Source: Gekko japonicus (taxonomy: Eukaryota). From it: a stretch of 64,000 bases of DNA. Position numbers and translations under genes: made by a program. The notes under the pieces were generated by a model that saw nothing but the letters and a program-made list of their open reading frames with translations, was not told where the DNA came from and ran no database searches. Location: the NCBI RefSeq assembly GCF_001447785.1, contig NW_015163604.1:2422328-2486327 (forward strand), in the 5' to 3' direction. Below are positions 25,106-36,520 of the stretch, piece after piece (position 1 is the first letter of the stretch; each line of letters starts with the position of its first letter).

Positions 25106-25316
25106 TCGATGACCCATGTTAGCCTGATCTTGTCATATATTGGCAGCTAAGCAGCGTTGGCCCGGTTAGTATTTGGTTGGGAGACTACCAAAGAAGTCTA
25201 GGGTCATGACACACAGGCAGCCAACAGCAAACCTCCTCTGAACATCTCTTGCCTTGAAAACCCTCTGGGGTCCCCATAGGTTGGCTGTGACTTGACAGCA
25301 CTTTCCACCTCCACCT
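25106..25316 (+). mobile_element. 5S rRNA-headed, RTE-tailed SINE
   Basis: GCCTGATCTTGTC..GCTAAGCAG..GGTTAGTATTTGGTTGGGAGAC matches the 5S internal control region; tail GGGGTCCCCATAGGTTGGCTGTGACTTGACAGCAC. Confidence 0.75.
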
Positions 25317-27381
25317 CTGCCTAAGATTGGACTATCATGGGAATGGGCTTGCAGCTAAGGTTAACTAACAAGGAGATCAGGCACACCTCCCCTCCCTTCC
25401 TCTTTTGTGTTCTAGCAACACTGTGAAGCTGAGGGCACAACAGCGGGCACCAGGTCACCCCTCTTGTGGAGATTTGAATCTGGTTCAGCAAAATCGTATT
25501 TAGGCCCACTAGCTATTACATCACATTTGTTTCTGAGGCTGAGACGCCTGGACTTCCAAGACCAGGCATGATATTTTTTTCTTCCCCCTCATGACTGACC
25601 CTAGCAGCCAAAGCCAAGGGGAGAAGGAATAATTTGCTTCTTTCCCCCTCTCAACCTGAAAAATCACAGGTCAGGATCAATTAAATGGGACTGCCATTAA
25701 AACACTTCAGAAATGTCACCTTGTCCAGTGATATCTATGTTATTTCATAGGAACTCATATGGTGAACATATTTTTCTAGTATCCAAATATCTTTTCTTGG
25801 TTGACAGTGGGTAACTTCAGACCATTTACCAAACAGCAATTTACCACAGTGGGCTTGCAACCTCTCGGTAAACAAATTGTCTGTAACATTTTTTTCCCAG
25901 CGATGAAACAAATTATTGTTTATGGTGGCATGAAAAATTGGCTCCCATCCCTGTAGTGGATCACTCAGGGTCAATTAGATGAGTTTCAGCTTGATATGTA
26001 AAACAAATAAAAGAAAAAGTATGTTTTAGGTGTGATGTGTAATTCAGCTTACCAGTTTTGAATGAAAAAGAACAATGTTCTAAGCAGTACGACAATATTG
26101 TTTTCAATAGCTATTAGAAGACAACATCCATTTAAAGGTGTTTATAACATTTACCTAGCTCAAAAACGGAAGCATAACCAATTAAGGTTGTGATTTTTGT
26201 ACACATTTACTTGGGAAGAAGCCCCTTTGAACACAGTGCAATGAACCATGCACAAATTATGCTGCTAGACATAAATATTACTGTAGCCCAAATGGAACTT
26301 TCTACAGTCTCACCATTCTAGGGGATTTATATATTTTCAAGTCCTGTTCATAATTTCCCTCCATTTAAAGAACCAAATATCTGTCTATGCTTTCACCATT
26401 TCATGCAAGGCTGTGTAGTTGTATGTCTAGTTTTTGCCCATTTGCCCAATATTGGCTTCGATACAATGGAATGTTTCCAAGGACTGAACAATTTCTACCC
26501 AATCTTTAGCCTGAAGCTTTCACGGCTGGTGTCATAACAAGCCCAATTTTTTAAATTAAAGGTTGTTGATTTCTACCCAGAGTGTGGCTTTCTTGCCTGG
26601 AGGACAGGGGATCCCCACAAACAACAGTCTGGTGGACATTTTGGCCTTCAGTGGGAAAGGGGAGGTAAGAAAATTTGGGTATATGTAAGAAGTGTTGGCT
26701 ATATCTATTGGTTAATGTAGCAAAGTTGCATGGTCAGAAAAGTGTAGGATCCTGTCCAATAAACTCTCTTGAAGTCAGTATTTTGCAATTAAAAAAAAAG
26801 AATTTATTGTTATTGAAACCTATTCACATTCACATGCATTTTGTAGTAGTAGAAGAAACAGAAGCCTGCCTGGCTGCACGTGATCCTGGGTGTGGTCTTG
26901 GCTTGCCTGCACAGGAGAGATCTGCACAGGGGAGATCACAGGCATACACAGTCTAGTTCTAGAGAGAAAAGGAAACAGGTATACTGAGTTGTCTTTACTC
27001 CAACAAGAAGATAATACTAGCTGGAAATTGTTCTGACCACAGAAACAGTCTGTTGGATTCAGGCCATTGCTCAGACATGCTTCTGCAGTCCCATTATTTG
27101 GGAAGTCGATCAGTCCCTACATTCACTAGGAGCTCCCCCACCTTGAAAAGAAAAGGCACCAGACTACTGGAGGTGGAGGGATAGCATGATGCCATCCAGT
27201 TGGTGTGTGTATGTGTTCATGGCCCTGGCTATGTAAAACCAGTACTCTCTCACCTTTTTGCTGGAAAAAGTAGTTATTAGATTAGCTGATTGCTTCTGGC
27301 CAATCAGGGGTTTTGGGGTTTGTTTCCAGTTGACCTTGGGTTAGTCCATTTTTCGCTTTCTACTTACTGCATGGTGGTGAG

Positions 27382-27620
27382 TAGGGATGGGCAAGAACCA
27401 GAAAAATGTGGTTCGGTTCATGCCATGTCTGGTTTGCAAACCACAGACTATCATGAATTTTTAGAGGCCAAAGAAACTGGTTCAGTTTGTGAAGTTCATG
27501 ACCCAGTAGAATGCCTCCCCCCAGCATGCTAGGGATACTAAACTCACAGGGACTCTCCAGCTGACTCTCCTCTACCTGCCTTCTAAGTTTGGTGAGTATT
27601 GGATTTTTGGAGGCCAAGTT
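27382..27620. mobile_element. Old DNA transposon fragment (TAGGGATGGGC end)
   Basis: Shares its end and an internal GAAACT..AAGTTTGGTG module with 49439-50342. Confidence 0.4.
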
Positions 27621-27777
27621 ACGGCCCCCCAAAGAAGACAACATCCAACAAGAAGACAACAAGGTGCTTTCTGGAGAAATGAAAGGCATTCATTTTGACA
27701 CGCACCATCTGTCATTTCAACAGGCACAGGTTCAGGAGTGTATAGAATGTATCCTCTGTGAGCTACAAATATCAAAG

Positions 27778-28520
27778 TCGCAGGCCATCTAGTCCACCCC
27801 CTACTTAATGCAGGATTAGTCTAGATAGAACATCCCTGACAAGTGTTTGTCCAGCCGCTGCTTAAAGTTGAACTCACCACCTCCCTAGGCACCCAATTCC
27901 ACTGTTGCACAACTCTTACCATAAAAAGGTTTTTCTAGATATCCAGCTGGTACCCTCCCACCCTTAATTTAAACCCATTATAGTGAGTCCTATCCTCTGC
28001 TGCCAAAAGGAACAGTTCCCTGCCCTCTTCTAAGTGACAGCCCTTCAAATGCTTAAAGAGAGCGATCATGTCTTCTCTCCCTAGGCACCCAATTCCACTG
28101 TTGCACAACTCTTACCATAAAAAGGTTTTTCTAGATATCCAGCTGGTACCCTCCCACCCTTAATTTAAACCCATTATAGTGAGTCCTATCCTCTGCTGCC
28201 AAAAGGAACAGTTCCCTGCCCTCTTCTAAGTGACAGCCCTTCAAATGCTTAAAGAGAGCGATCATGTCTTCTCTCAACCTCCTCTTCTCCAGACTAAACA
28301 TTCCCATGTCCCTCAGCCTTTCCTCATAGGACTTGGTCTCCAGGCTTCCAATCATCTTCGTTGCTCTCCTTTGCACCCACTTTGTGATACCCTATTGGAC
28401 AACTCCCTCCATGCAAATGAGATGCTATTGACAGCTACTCTCTGAGTGCGGCTTTTCCAACCAGTTCCCTATCCACCTAACTATCCTACAGTCCAGTCCA
28501 CAGTCCTTTAGTTTCCCCAA
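27778..28520 (-). mobile_element. CR1 LINE fragment with internal deletion and 196-bp tandem duplication
   Basis: QRRATKMIGSLETKSYEERLRDMGMFSLEKRRLR joined to an RT-region piece (GLDCRIVRWIGNWLE). Confidence 0.92.
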
Positions 28521-28825
28521 CCTACATATTGCATAGTCTACTCATATTCAAGTCTGCTTATGGTTTCCTGCCTTGTTGAAATGAAGGGGAGCTGTTGTGG
28601 ACCTCTACTGTACTTCACAACAATGGACTCCCACCACAAGGGCTGAACAGGGACACAGGATTCTTGTCTCACTACAGATTCTAATTTTCCACCTCAACCA
28701 TTTCCCCTCTGCTCTAACTGAGCTGATTACAAAATGCATAATACCTCTGCATCCTTTACAAGCATTGTTAATGACACCCCTTCCTAACGAGGATAAAAGG
28801 ACTCAGAGATCTCCATTTCTACACA

Positions 28826-28925
28826 TGTCTGACAAAAGGAGCTTTGGCTCTGGAAAACTTATACCCTGAAACTCTTGTTGGTCTCTAAAGGTGCTACTGG
28901 ACTCAAATCTAACTGTTCTACTGTA
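28826..28925 (+). mobile_element. Penelope-like terminal remnant with mutated hammerhead core
   Basis: CTGACAA..GGAGCTTTGGCTCT..GAAAACTTATACC..TTGTTGGTCTCTAAAGGTGCTACTGGACTC. Confidence 0.6.
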
Positions 28926-29984
28926 CTTCAGTATGTCTAACACTGATTTTTTTGGGGGAGCACAAAGAATCGTTTCGGTGGATTGTGCCAAGAGACTCAA
29001 GATTAGTGTTTACCATTGGCTTCTCTGTGAACAAAGTTTGGCTCATGACAAAATCTCACGAAAAATGCTAACAGTTATGTCCCAGGCAGATGTTCCTCAT
29101 GCAAATATTTTGGAAGATCCTTCACAGTGTATGTAAACGCAAGCTGTCACCTTGAATTAAGTCAAAAGGAATCTTCATTATGGGAGACTTTTTAGATCTA
29201 ATTAAGAGCGCTCTATATAAAAGTTAGCTTGTGTCTCAGGAGAAATGAAAGGAGGTTATCGAATTCTAGGCTGCATGGGTTATTGATGTGGTAAAGGTGT
29301 TTAAAATTATTCCATGTTATTGTAAATGGGAAGCAGGGGATTTTCTGAATAAATTGTTTCAGTCTAGTTTGATTTTTTTATGGCAAGGAACCGACTTCGA
29401 AATCACCCATTGTCCGATGTCGGAGTTTTTAAGGGCTTTGCAAATTGTGAAGAGCTTTTCCTTTCCAAAATAGCACATAAATATTAAAAGCAAAGTACAG
29501 CTACATGGCTTGTGCATTAATATGAGGGGAAAAAAACCTTTTCATCTCTCAAACTTCCTCATGTTTGACAATACTAATAATCTGGCATAGACTGTTCCCT
29601 GCTGTTTAGTAATCGCAGCATGCCTTTGAATCAAGGGCACTGAGGACCTCTCTGGAATTCTAAAACTGACTATTATTCTGAGGCTTTAAATTATTATTGA
29701 ACATAAACTGACATTCGATTGATGCTGTCCAAGACAATAGCATAAAGAGGGCTAATTTTAACAACTATGTTAACAACATAAGTAGGTTAGATTTAGACAC
29801 TGTATAATTGTTGCATAGCATCACGGAAGGAACATTTCGGGGGAGGCTCACAATAATGTGGACAGGGCCAATTTGAACGGGATTCTTCATGTAATTGACA
29901 ACTGGGAGACCAGTGTAATTGGCCATGCTAATGTAGTCTCGGTGCTTCAGGTGAAGGGCACAGTGGCCATTATCGGGAATAGGA

Positions 29985-30558
29985 GGATGCTGACGGTGAC
30001 TGAAGCCATGAAATTAAAAGACACCTGCTCCTTGGGAGGAAAGCTGTGGCAAACCTAGACAGCATAATAAAAAGCAGAGACATCACCCTGCCAACAAAAG
30101 TCTGTATGGACAAAGCAATGGTATTCACAGTAGTCATGTATGGCTGCGAGAGTTGGACCATAAGGAAGGCCAACTGCCAAAGAATAGATGCTTTTGAATT
30201 ATGGTGCTGGAAAAAAACTCTTGAGAGTCCCTTGGACTGCAAGGAGATTGAATCAGTCAATCCTAAAAGAAATCAACCCTGACTGTTCCCTGGAAGGCCA
30301 GGTACTGAAGCTGAAGCTCAAATACTTTGGCCACCAAATGAAAAGGGAGCACTCACTGGAGAAGACCCTGATGCTGGGAAACACTGAAGGTAAAAGAAGA
30401 AGGGGACGGCAAAGGATGAGATGGTTAGACAGTGTTATCAATGCAATGAACATGAAACTGGGCAAACACCGTAGGACAGCGGAAGACAAGAGGGCCTGGT
30501 GTGAAGTGGTCCATGGGGTAATGAACAGTTGGACTCAACTGTGCAACTGAACAACAAA
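29985..30558 (+). mobile_element. BovB (RTE) LINE 3' end
   Basis: NLDSIIKSRDITLPTKV..VVMYGCESWTI..RIDAFELWCW and LKLKYFGH..RRRGRQRMRWLD in adjacent frames; CTGAACAACAA tail. Confidence 0.95.
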
Positions 30559-31515
30559 TGGTATAATTTGCCTTCATCCAGCTATGCCTTTCCCTTGGAT
30601 ATAAATTACTTTATCTCTGAGAATAAGCAGCTGGTGTCACTAGATGGAGATAAGGAAGCAGCATAGATCACCCATTCCCCCTAAGGCAGAACAGGCCTTC
30701 TCTGGCCTGCAGGCCCTATTCCACGTGCACTCCAAGGATTTCCCAAAACCTGGAGAGGCTTTTCTGTCTCTTTTAGGTAGCCTGCCACAACCACCCAACC
30801 TTTGTAGGAATTGGCTGCTGGGAGGGTTAGGTCATCCAGCTTCCCTTCCCAGTTCTGAGGTTTTGCCTCTGTGTCTCCCACTGCCCAGCACCTGGTCACC
30901 ACAGGGACAGTTTACTGCCTTGTTCACCCTTGGAGGAATAGCCACTGGTCAACTGCCTGGCTTCCCTAGGAGCTCCTTTTAAAATAGTGTGTCCAAGATA
31001 GTGGAAGTCTATGTGGTACAGGGAGCCATTACCAGCATCAAAAGTTATAAAGTATTTTTTTAAAAGAAAATGTTCACAACTTTTAGCACAGCAGCAAGGG
31101 ATACAAAAGAAATAGGCAAAACACAAATCCTCTGTCCCTCTCTCTATACATGCCCTATCAGATGTTAAAACAGGACAGGCTCCTAAAACTTAGGAGGTTA
31201 TGGATCTCTATAGACCTCCTATTACCTTGAAGCTTTCTGCAGCACATTGTCGATGGTTGCTTCCTCCAAAACTCAATTAAGAATTCTGTCTGCTCTGATG
31301 TACCCATCACAAAAAAGAGCTTCCTCCTTGCTCCCCTTAGTTTTATCACCTTTTTCCCCCTCCACCAACTTACCAGGTCAGGCCAGGTCAAAGAAGCATT
31401 TCCTGGAGAATATTCCTGGAGTCTTTCTAGTCTAAAGTCCTCCAAATATCTTCCCTCCTAGGAGATGTGGGAGAGCTTGACCCACACATTATCTCTCCTG
31501 CTAGATCTATTAGCA

Positions 31516-32817
31516 TAGGGGTCCTGAACTCATTTGTTATGAGGGCCGGATCTCACATAAATAAGACCTCTTTGGGCTGGGCCATGTGTGTCATAAAATG
31601 TAATGCCAGGTAGCAGAGATATAAACTTTATAAGGATACAAACACAAAGATTTTGTTTACTTAAAATAGTAACATGCTTAAAACATCAGCACTCTTGCAA
31701 TATTTTATTTATCTATTTATTTATAAATTTTTATTCTTTTATAGTACACACTACATAGAAACAAAGGGTGGGTACACACTAACCGACTATAGGTGATAGG
31801 ACAGCATTACTAAAAGAAAGGCTAACAGGAGTTATATATATTGCTGGTAATAAACGCTTATTCAAGTTTCTGATATTAAGTCATATATGAGTGAAGCTTC
31901 TTTTCAGTTTATAACAGTAAGTAAAGGCTTAAAGTATAAGTATTTGCTCTAAGCAAGTAAGCAAGATAATTATCTCTTCAAGTGCTTATATTTCAGTTAC
32001 ATTATCTTTTTATTTCTTCTTCCCTTCTTTTTATCTTTATCAAAGTCAGTTTTGCCTTTGGGTAATTTGGGTGCAGCTTCTCCCAATTCTGTTGAGGAAT
32101 CTTCTTCAGATGAATTGGTTGTATCCGATTCTGAACTTCTCGAGCCACGCGAGCCTTTTTCTACTTCTTCTTGATGACTCTTCTCTTCTTCTCCTGATAT
32201 TTCCTTTGGTAGTCCTTAAACTTTCTCATCAGTATCAGCCTGCTATCTGGGAAGTCTAAGTTCAAAATTCCCAAAGTTAATGTGCTGGATGAACTTGGTC
32301 TAGACACACATTCGCAGCCTAATCCACCTCACTGGCTTGCTGTTATTCCTTATGTAAATAGTTCACATTCCTTTCCTACTGAAAAAGCCTGGATCATGAG
32401 GGCATGAATACAGTGAAAATGAGGAGGGAGCCCAGTTGCACCCAGGAGAGCCGTAGCATAATGAGCCGAACAAAACACATACACTGTAGCAAGGCACACA
32501 AAGGCTCATACCTTGGATAAAACGTTGTTGGTCTTAAAGGTGCTCTGTATTTCTCCTATGCGACTGAGGCAGCCTGGCCAGGAAGCAAGCTCTGGCTCGT
32601 TCCCTCTCTCCCACTGGGATGGGGAGGAGCCTCTACCAGTGCAGGGAACAGAAGCTTACCTATCTATCTATCCTGAGCAATTGAGAGAGTCTGGCAAAAC
32701 AACATATGATGCAGCAGCAGAACTGGAAGAAGCCGGAGACAACCAGTTCCTTGTGAACCTCATAGAAGCCCTCTAGGGGCCTGATCTGGCCTGCAGGCAG
32801 CATGTGTGACACCCCTG
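31516..32817. mobile_element. hAT-Charlie-like non-autonomous element carrying nested inserts
   Basis: Ends TAGGGGTCCTGAAC / GTGTGACACCCCTG; GGGCCGGATC subterminal motifs; perfect TSD TATTAGCA. Confidence 0.85.
31705..32300 (-). mobile_element. Polyadenylated retroposed insert (decayed ORF end, 3'UTR, A-rich tail); possibly HAL1/L1 ORF1-type
   Basis: Minus-strand frame GLPKEISGEEEKSHQEE..DKDKKKGRRNKKIM*, then ~270 bp, AATAAA and a (TAAA)n tail. Confidence 0.45.
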
Positions 32818-34397
32818 TATTAGCACTTGTATGAAGGTGGGCTGAGGAACATCTGGAAGCAACTGAACTGCCTCTTCCTCTTCCTGCCTGTTGGCTGCCC
32901 AGAGAGGGGGGAAAAAACACTTTAAAAACTCAGAGTGAAGGTCTTGTTCATTTCTAACCTCCAAAGGAAAAAAAATGCATTTCTACACAGCCCTGTGAAT
33001 GGACATTAGTGCTGCTGGCATTTCCTGAGTGGGAACAAGGGAAGCAGAGGTGTTCTGAGATGGCCACTATGTCTATTGCCTCCTCAGAGATAAAGTAGAG
33101 GTATTCTATAGGTGATCTCTGGTTACATTGGACCCAGGAAACGTTGCACAGTGAAACTAGCTGTGCTTTTCCAGATTCTACTCTCTGCTATCCACTTTTA
33201 GGTGACCAGAAATTAAGAAGGATGGATCCCTGATGCAGTAGATGTGTCAAAGAGGACATTTCAGTGGATGTGGATTTCTCACTCTTATATGTCAACATGC
33301 ATCTGCTCAAAGCCACTCATACAGTTATTGAGATGCAGGACTAATAGCCTGTTCTTCTGCATTTGGCCACCACATTCATTTTACTAGTGCTTAATGTCTA
33401 AAAACTAGAATTCTCAATGAATGGACCACACTCTGTTTAGCCGTACAAAGAAACACATAGGGGAGGCTGATCGAAGTTGCTCCTGCCCCATCCCTGAACT
33501 CTGGGTTGCATTTACATGGAGGTTACAGTCACATGAAAATGAATGTCAAGCGCTGTATGCTTTATCTGGATCATCTGTCTCCATGGATGCCATATTGCAC
33601 ACATCAGAGTCTGTGTGCTGTTGGTTGTTTGCATACAGGCTCTTTCTAATGGGGGCATGGAAATAATTACCCATTAGTTATGCTGGTGTGCTTTGCCTGT
33701 GATAAAGTATCCTTTTAGCACCTTCACTGAAGATTGTGGATTCTTTTTTTAAAAAAACCCATCTCCATCAAATGGAAAATGAAAGCATCACTAACAAAAT
33801 AGACGAGATTCATTGGCTCTATATGGAAGCTGAACAAATTGTTCAGAGTAAAAAATAATCCAGATGATAAAAAATGTACTGCTTAGAATCACGTTAAATG
33901 AATACAGTTGCACAGGCTGTTTATGGCATTCGGTTCCAATACACTTTTTGACAGTCCTTAACAGTCTGCAAATGAAATGGGGGACATCAGCTGGTTTACT
34001 CTTTTGCTGCCTCAGCATTCCTTAAGGTATCTGTACTTGTATGCTTCAAGTAAGCTGTGGCTTCCAACTGCGTGTGAGAGAGCATTTCCCTGCCATAGAA
34101 GAAATGTTTAAGCATTATCTTAAAGCATAAAAAAAACAAAAACCCCAAAAACAAATCCATCCTGTATATCTAGCGCAAGCAAGATCAGGATGGAGAAAAG
34201 GAACGTATGTTGGGGTTCTATCTGGCTGGCGTGTTTGAATTCAGACCTGTGAAGAATTTCAGCAAGGGCTCAAGCAGCAGGACAAAAGATAGGGTCCTCG
34301 GGACACTATGGGTGCCCTAGGCATTGGACCAACTAAAGGAGATGACAGAGAGAAAGGGGGTTCTGATGAAAATATCCCCAGGCCCAGCCTTTCTTGC

Positions 34398-34514
34398 AAT
34401 GTGCATGCACACAAAAGCTTGCTCTTTGAATAAGACTTTGTTGGTCTTAAAGGTGCCACTGGACTCAGACTTTGTTCTGCTGCTTCAGACCAGCACAGCT
34501 ACCCACCCGGATCT
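34398..34514 (+). mobile_element. Penelope-like terminal remnant
   Basis: Aligns to 7660-7775; lacks the CUGA core. Confidence 0.65.
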
Positions 34515-34925
34515 ATTTCCAAAGTAGTTTGCCATAACTGACCACTTCTTGATAAACACAAGCAAACAGGTTTGGATCTAGGCTTAATGCTTATATTGGC
34601 CATGCCAAAGCTCAGCTAGGCAGCCTCCATAGGAGTACATGGGTCAGCTCAGGCCAAAGAGAAATGTGTTGTTTGCCTTCACGTACAGTGGCACTAAATT
34701 TTGAAGGGGATGATTACATAAATGTAGATACTACGAAAGAACAGGGTATAAATATTTAAATAAATACTTCAAAATGTTGGAACATCATATTATATTTAGT
34801 GCCACTGTACGTGAAGGCAAACATTAAGCGTAGATCCAAACCTGTTTGCTTGTGTTGATCAAGAAGTGGTCAGTTATGGCAAACTACTTTTGAAATAGAT
34901 CCGGGTGGGTAGCTGTGCTAGTCTG
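34486..34925. repeat. Long inverted duplication (104-bp plus 30-bp arms)
   Basis: 34486-34589 pairs with 34822-34925 (about 4 mismatches); 34670-34699 pairs perfectly with 34794-34823. Confidence 0.95.
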
Positions 34926-35112
34926 CGTGTTGGAACCATGGGTATTTTTCCAAAACAAATAGTCTTTTTACTGAGCAGTATCAAAATCACAAACACACAA
35001 AATAATCAGCCCCACATTAGCATACACTCAAGTTCCTTTAGAATTACAGAAAGATATCAAAAATAGTTTCTCATTTACTTGGAGGTAGGTAGGACAATCG
35101 GTTTATACTCAC

Positions 35113-35130
35113 CTGTTCCAGAAGTCTTGT
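35113..35130 (-). other. Candidate 18-nt microexon, or 3' end of a first exon
   Basis: Minus strand: tactttctcccctatcttccattgcaacag|ACAAGACTTCTGGAACAG|gtgagt. Confidence 0.4.
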
Positions 35131-35309
35131 CTGTTGCAATGGAAGATAGGGGAGAAAGTAATACCTAGGGGTTTCAACTAAATCACACTTGCTAGAACCA
35201 GCCAGCAAACATGGACCCCTGTGACTGCAGTCCAAGAGAGCTTAAAGTAGACAAAGGGATTGTTGGATAGAAAGCTGGACCTTAGGGGTAGTGAAGAAGA
35301 TAGAGGTCG

Positions 35310-35475
35310 TGAAGAAGGGAGGTGGCTAGCAAAGACCTTTACTTTTATAGTTGAATCTCCAGGTGGGTGGCACCTTGCCAAACTGTAATCCCACCTACGT
35401 CACAAGTCCATGCCATAACCTCCCTCATTGGTGCATGTAGAAAGGGGCAGGTATTCTATGGGTTGGGCCAATATT
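35310..35475 (-). promoter_or_regulatory. Candidate Pol II core promoter (CCAAT, CRE-like, TATA)
   Basis: Minus-strand TATAAAA 35349-35343, TGACGTA 35402-35396, CCAAT 35431-35427, opposite-strand CCAAT 35468-35472; canonical order and spacing in repeat-poor DNA. Confidence 0.45.
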
Positions 35476-36456
35476 TGAAACTCTACACTCTATCTCATGG
35501 AACACCATCTGGCCAGGTGTGAAGTCTCGGCTTCCTGTGTCCTCTTTGAAGTACAGATGAATCTTGGCTTTACCAGGCGTTCAAGGTACCATCAACAGGA
35601 AACGGCAATTCAAATACAGATCAGGTCGGTGTTCTGCGTGACATCTAGTCTCTTCAGCAATGGGGGAATTTCTTCTTCTTGGTTGTTGCCTCTGCTCACA
35701 ATGGCTAACATGTGCTTCTCCTTCCCATAAGGCTTTGAGCTGAATGTGTGCAAACTACATTAACATGAAATGCAGGCAAGTGTGCCCTATGTGAATTCTC
35801 TCTCACAGTAGGTGATGCAAACAGCTTCCTCTAGGCCTATGGTATACAGGTGTGTGCACAGGCCATGTATTGCATGTGTAGCAGATATAAAACCATAAAT
35901 TAGTTCATTTCTCAACAGTTCGTTCTCAGGAACTGGAAAGTGAACACCAATCAGATCATTTGAAATATATGTCTTTCGTAGTTGTTTAATTGCCGAAACT
36001 AATTTATACCTTTTATAACCACTGCAATGAGTTTTTACATATCTATTATTTCTTGTTGCTGATCCTTGTAATTAACTATGCTGTTCTTATTTTATTCAGT
36101 TTGTTTGTGTTACTGATAGTTAATAGACTACTTACGTAAGTATTCCAAATTACTTATTTAATACCATTGTTTTCATTTAATTTTCAAATAACTGTAGTAT
36201 TACAATTAATTAGATTCTAAGATTAATTTTATTGCTAGTTTTAATGTTGTAAAGGATCTCAGAAATCTTGAATTAAGAGTTGCAATACACAATAAAATGA
36301 AATATCAACATTTCTGGGGAATATAATCTGAATGAAACACAGCAGCAGTGTGCTACTTGATGAATAGACCAATAACAAATTCAAACAGCCTGAATTACTC
36401 AAAACTGATCTTGCTACTGATTGCAGAGGCAGCTTGAGATCTTAGAATCGTCTTCC

Positions 36457-36520
36457 TTTATAGTTTGAGTTTTCTAGAAATATCCCAGTTTATAGTTTGA
36501 GTTTTCTAGAAATATCCCAG
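36457..36520. repeat. Perfect 32-bp tandem duplication
   Basis: TTTATAGTTTGAGTTTTCTAGAAATATCCCAG x2. Confidence 0.95.

Noticed and set aside
25106-25190. 5S rRNA gene
   Set aside because: Partial, diverged and fused to a retroposon tail.
28826-28865. Second active hammerhead ribozyme
   Set aside because: Core reads CUGACAA (G8 lost) and the AGCU palindrome is mutated.
34590-34669. The 80 bp skipped in the inverted copy as a spliced intron
   Set aside because: No GT..AG boundaries on either strand; microhomology explains the junction.
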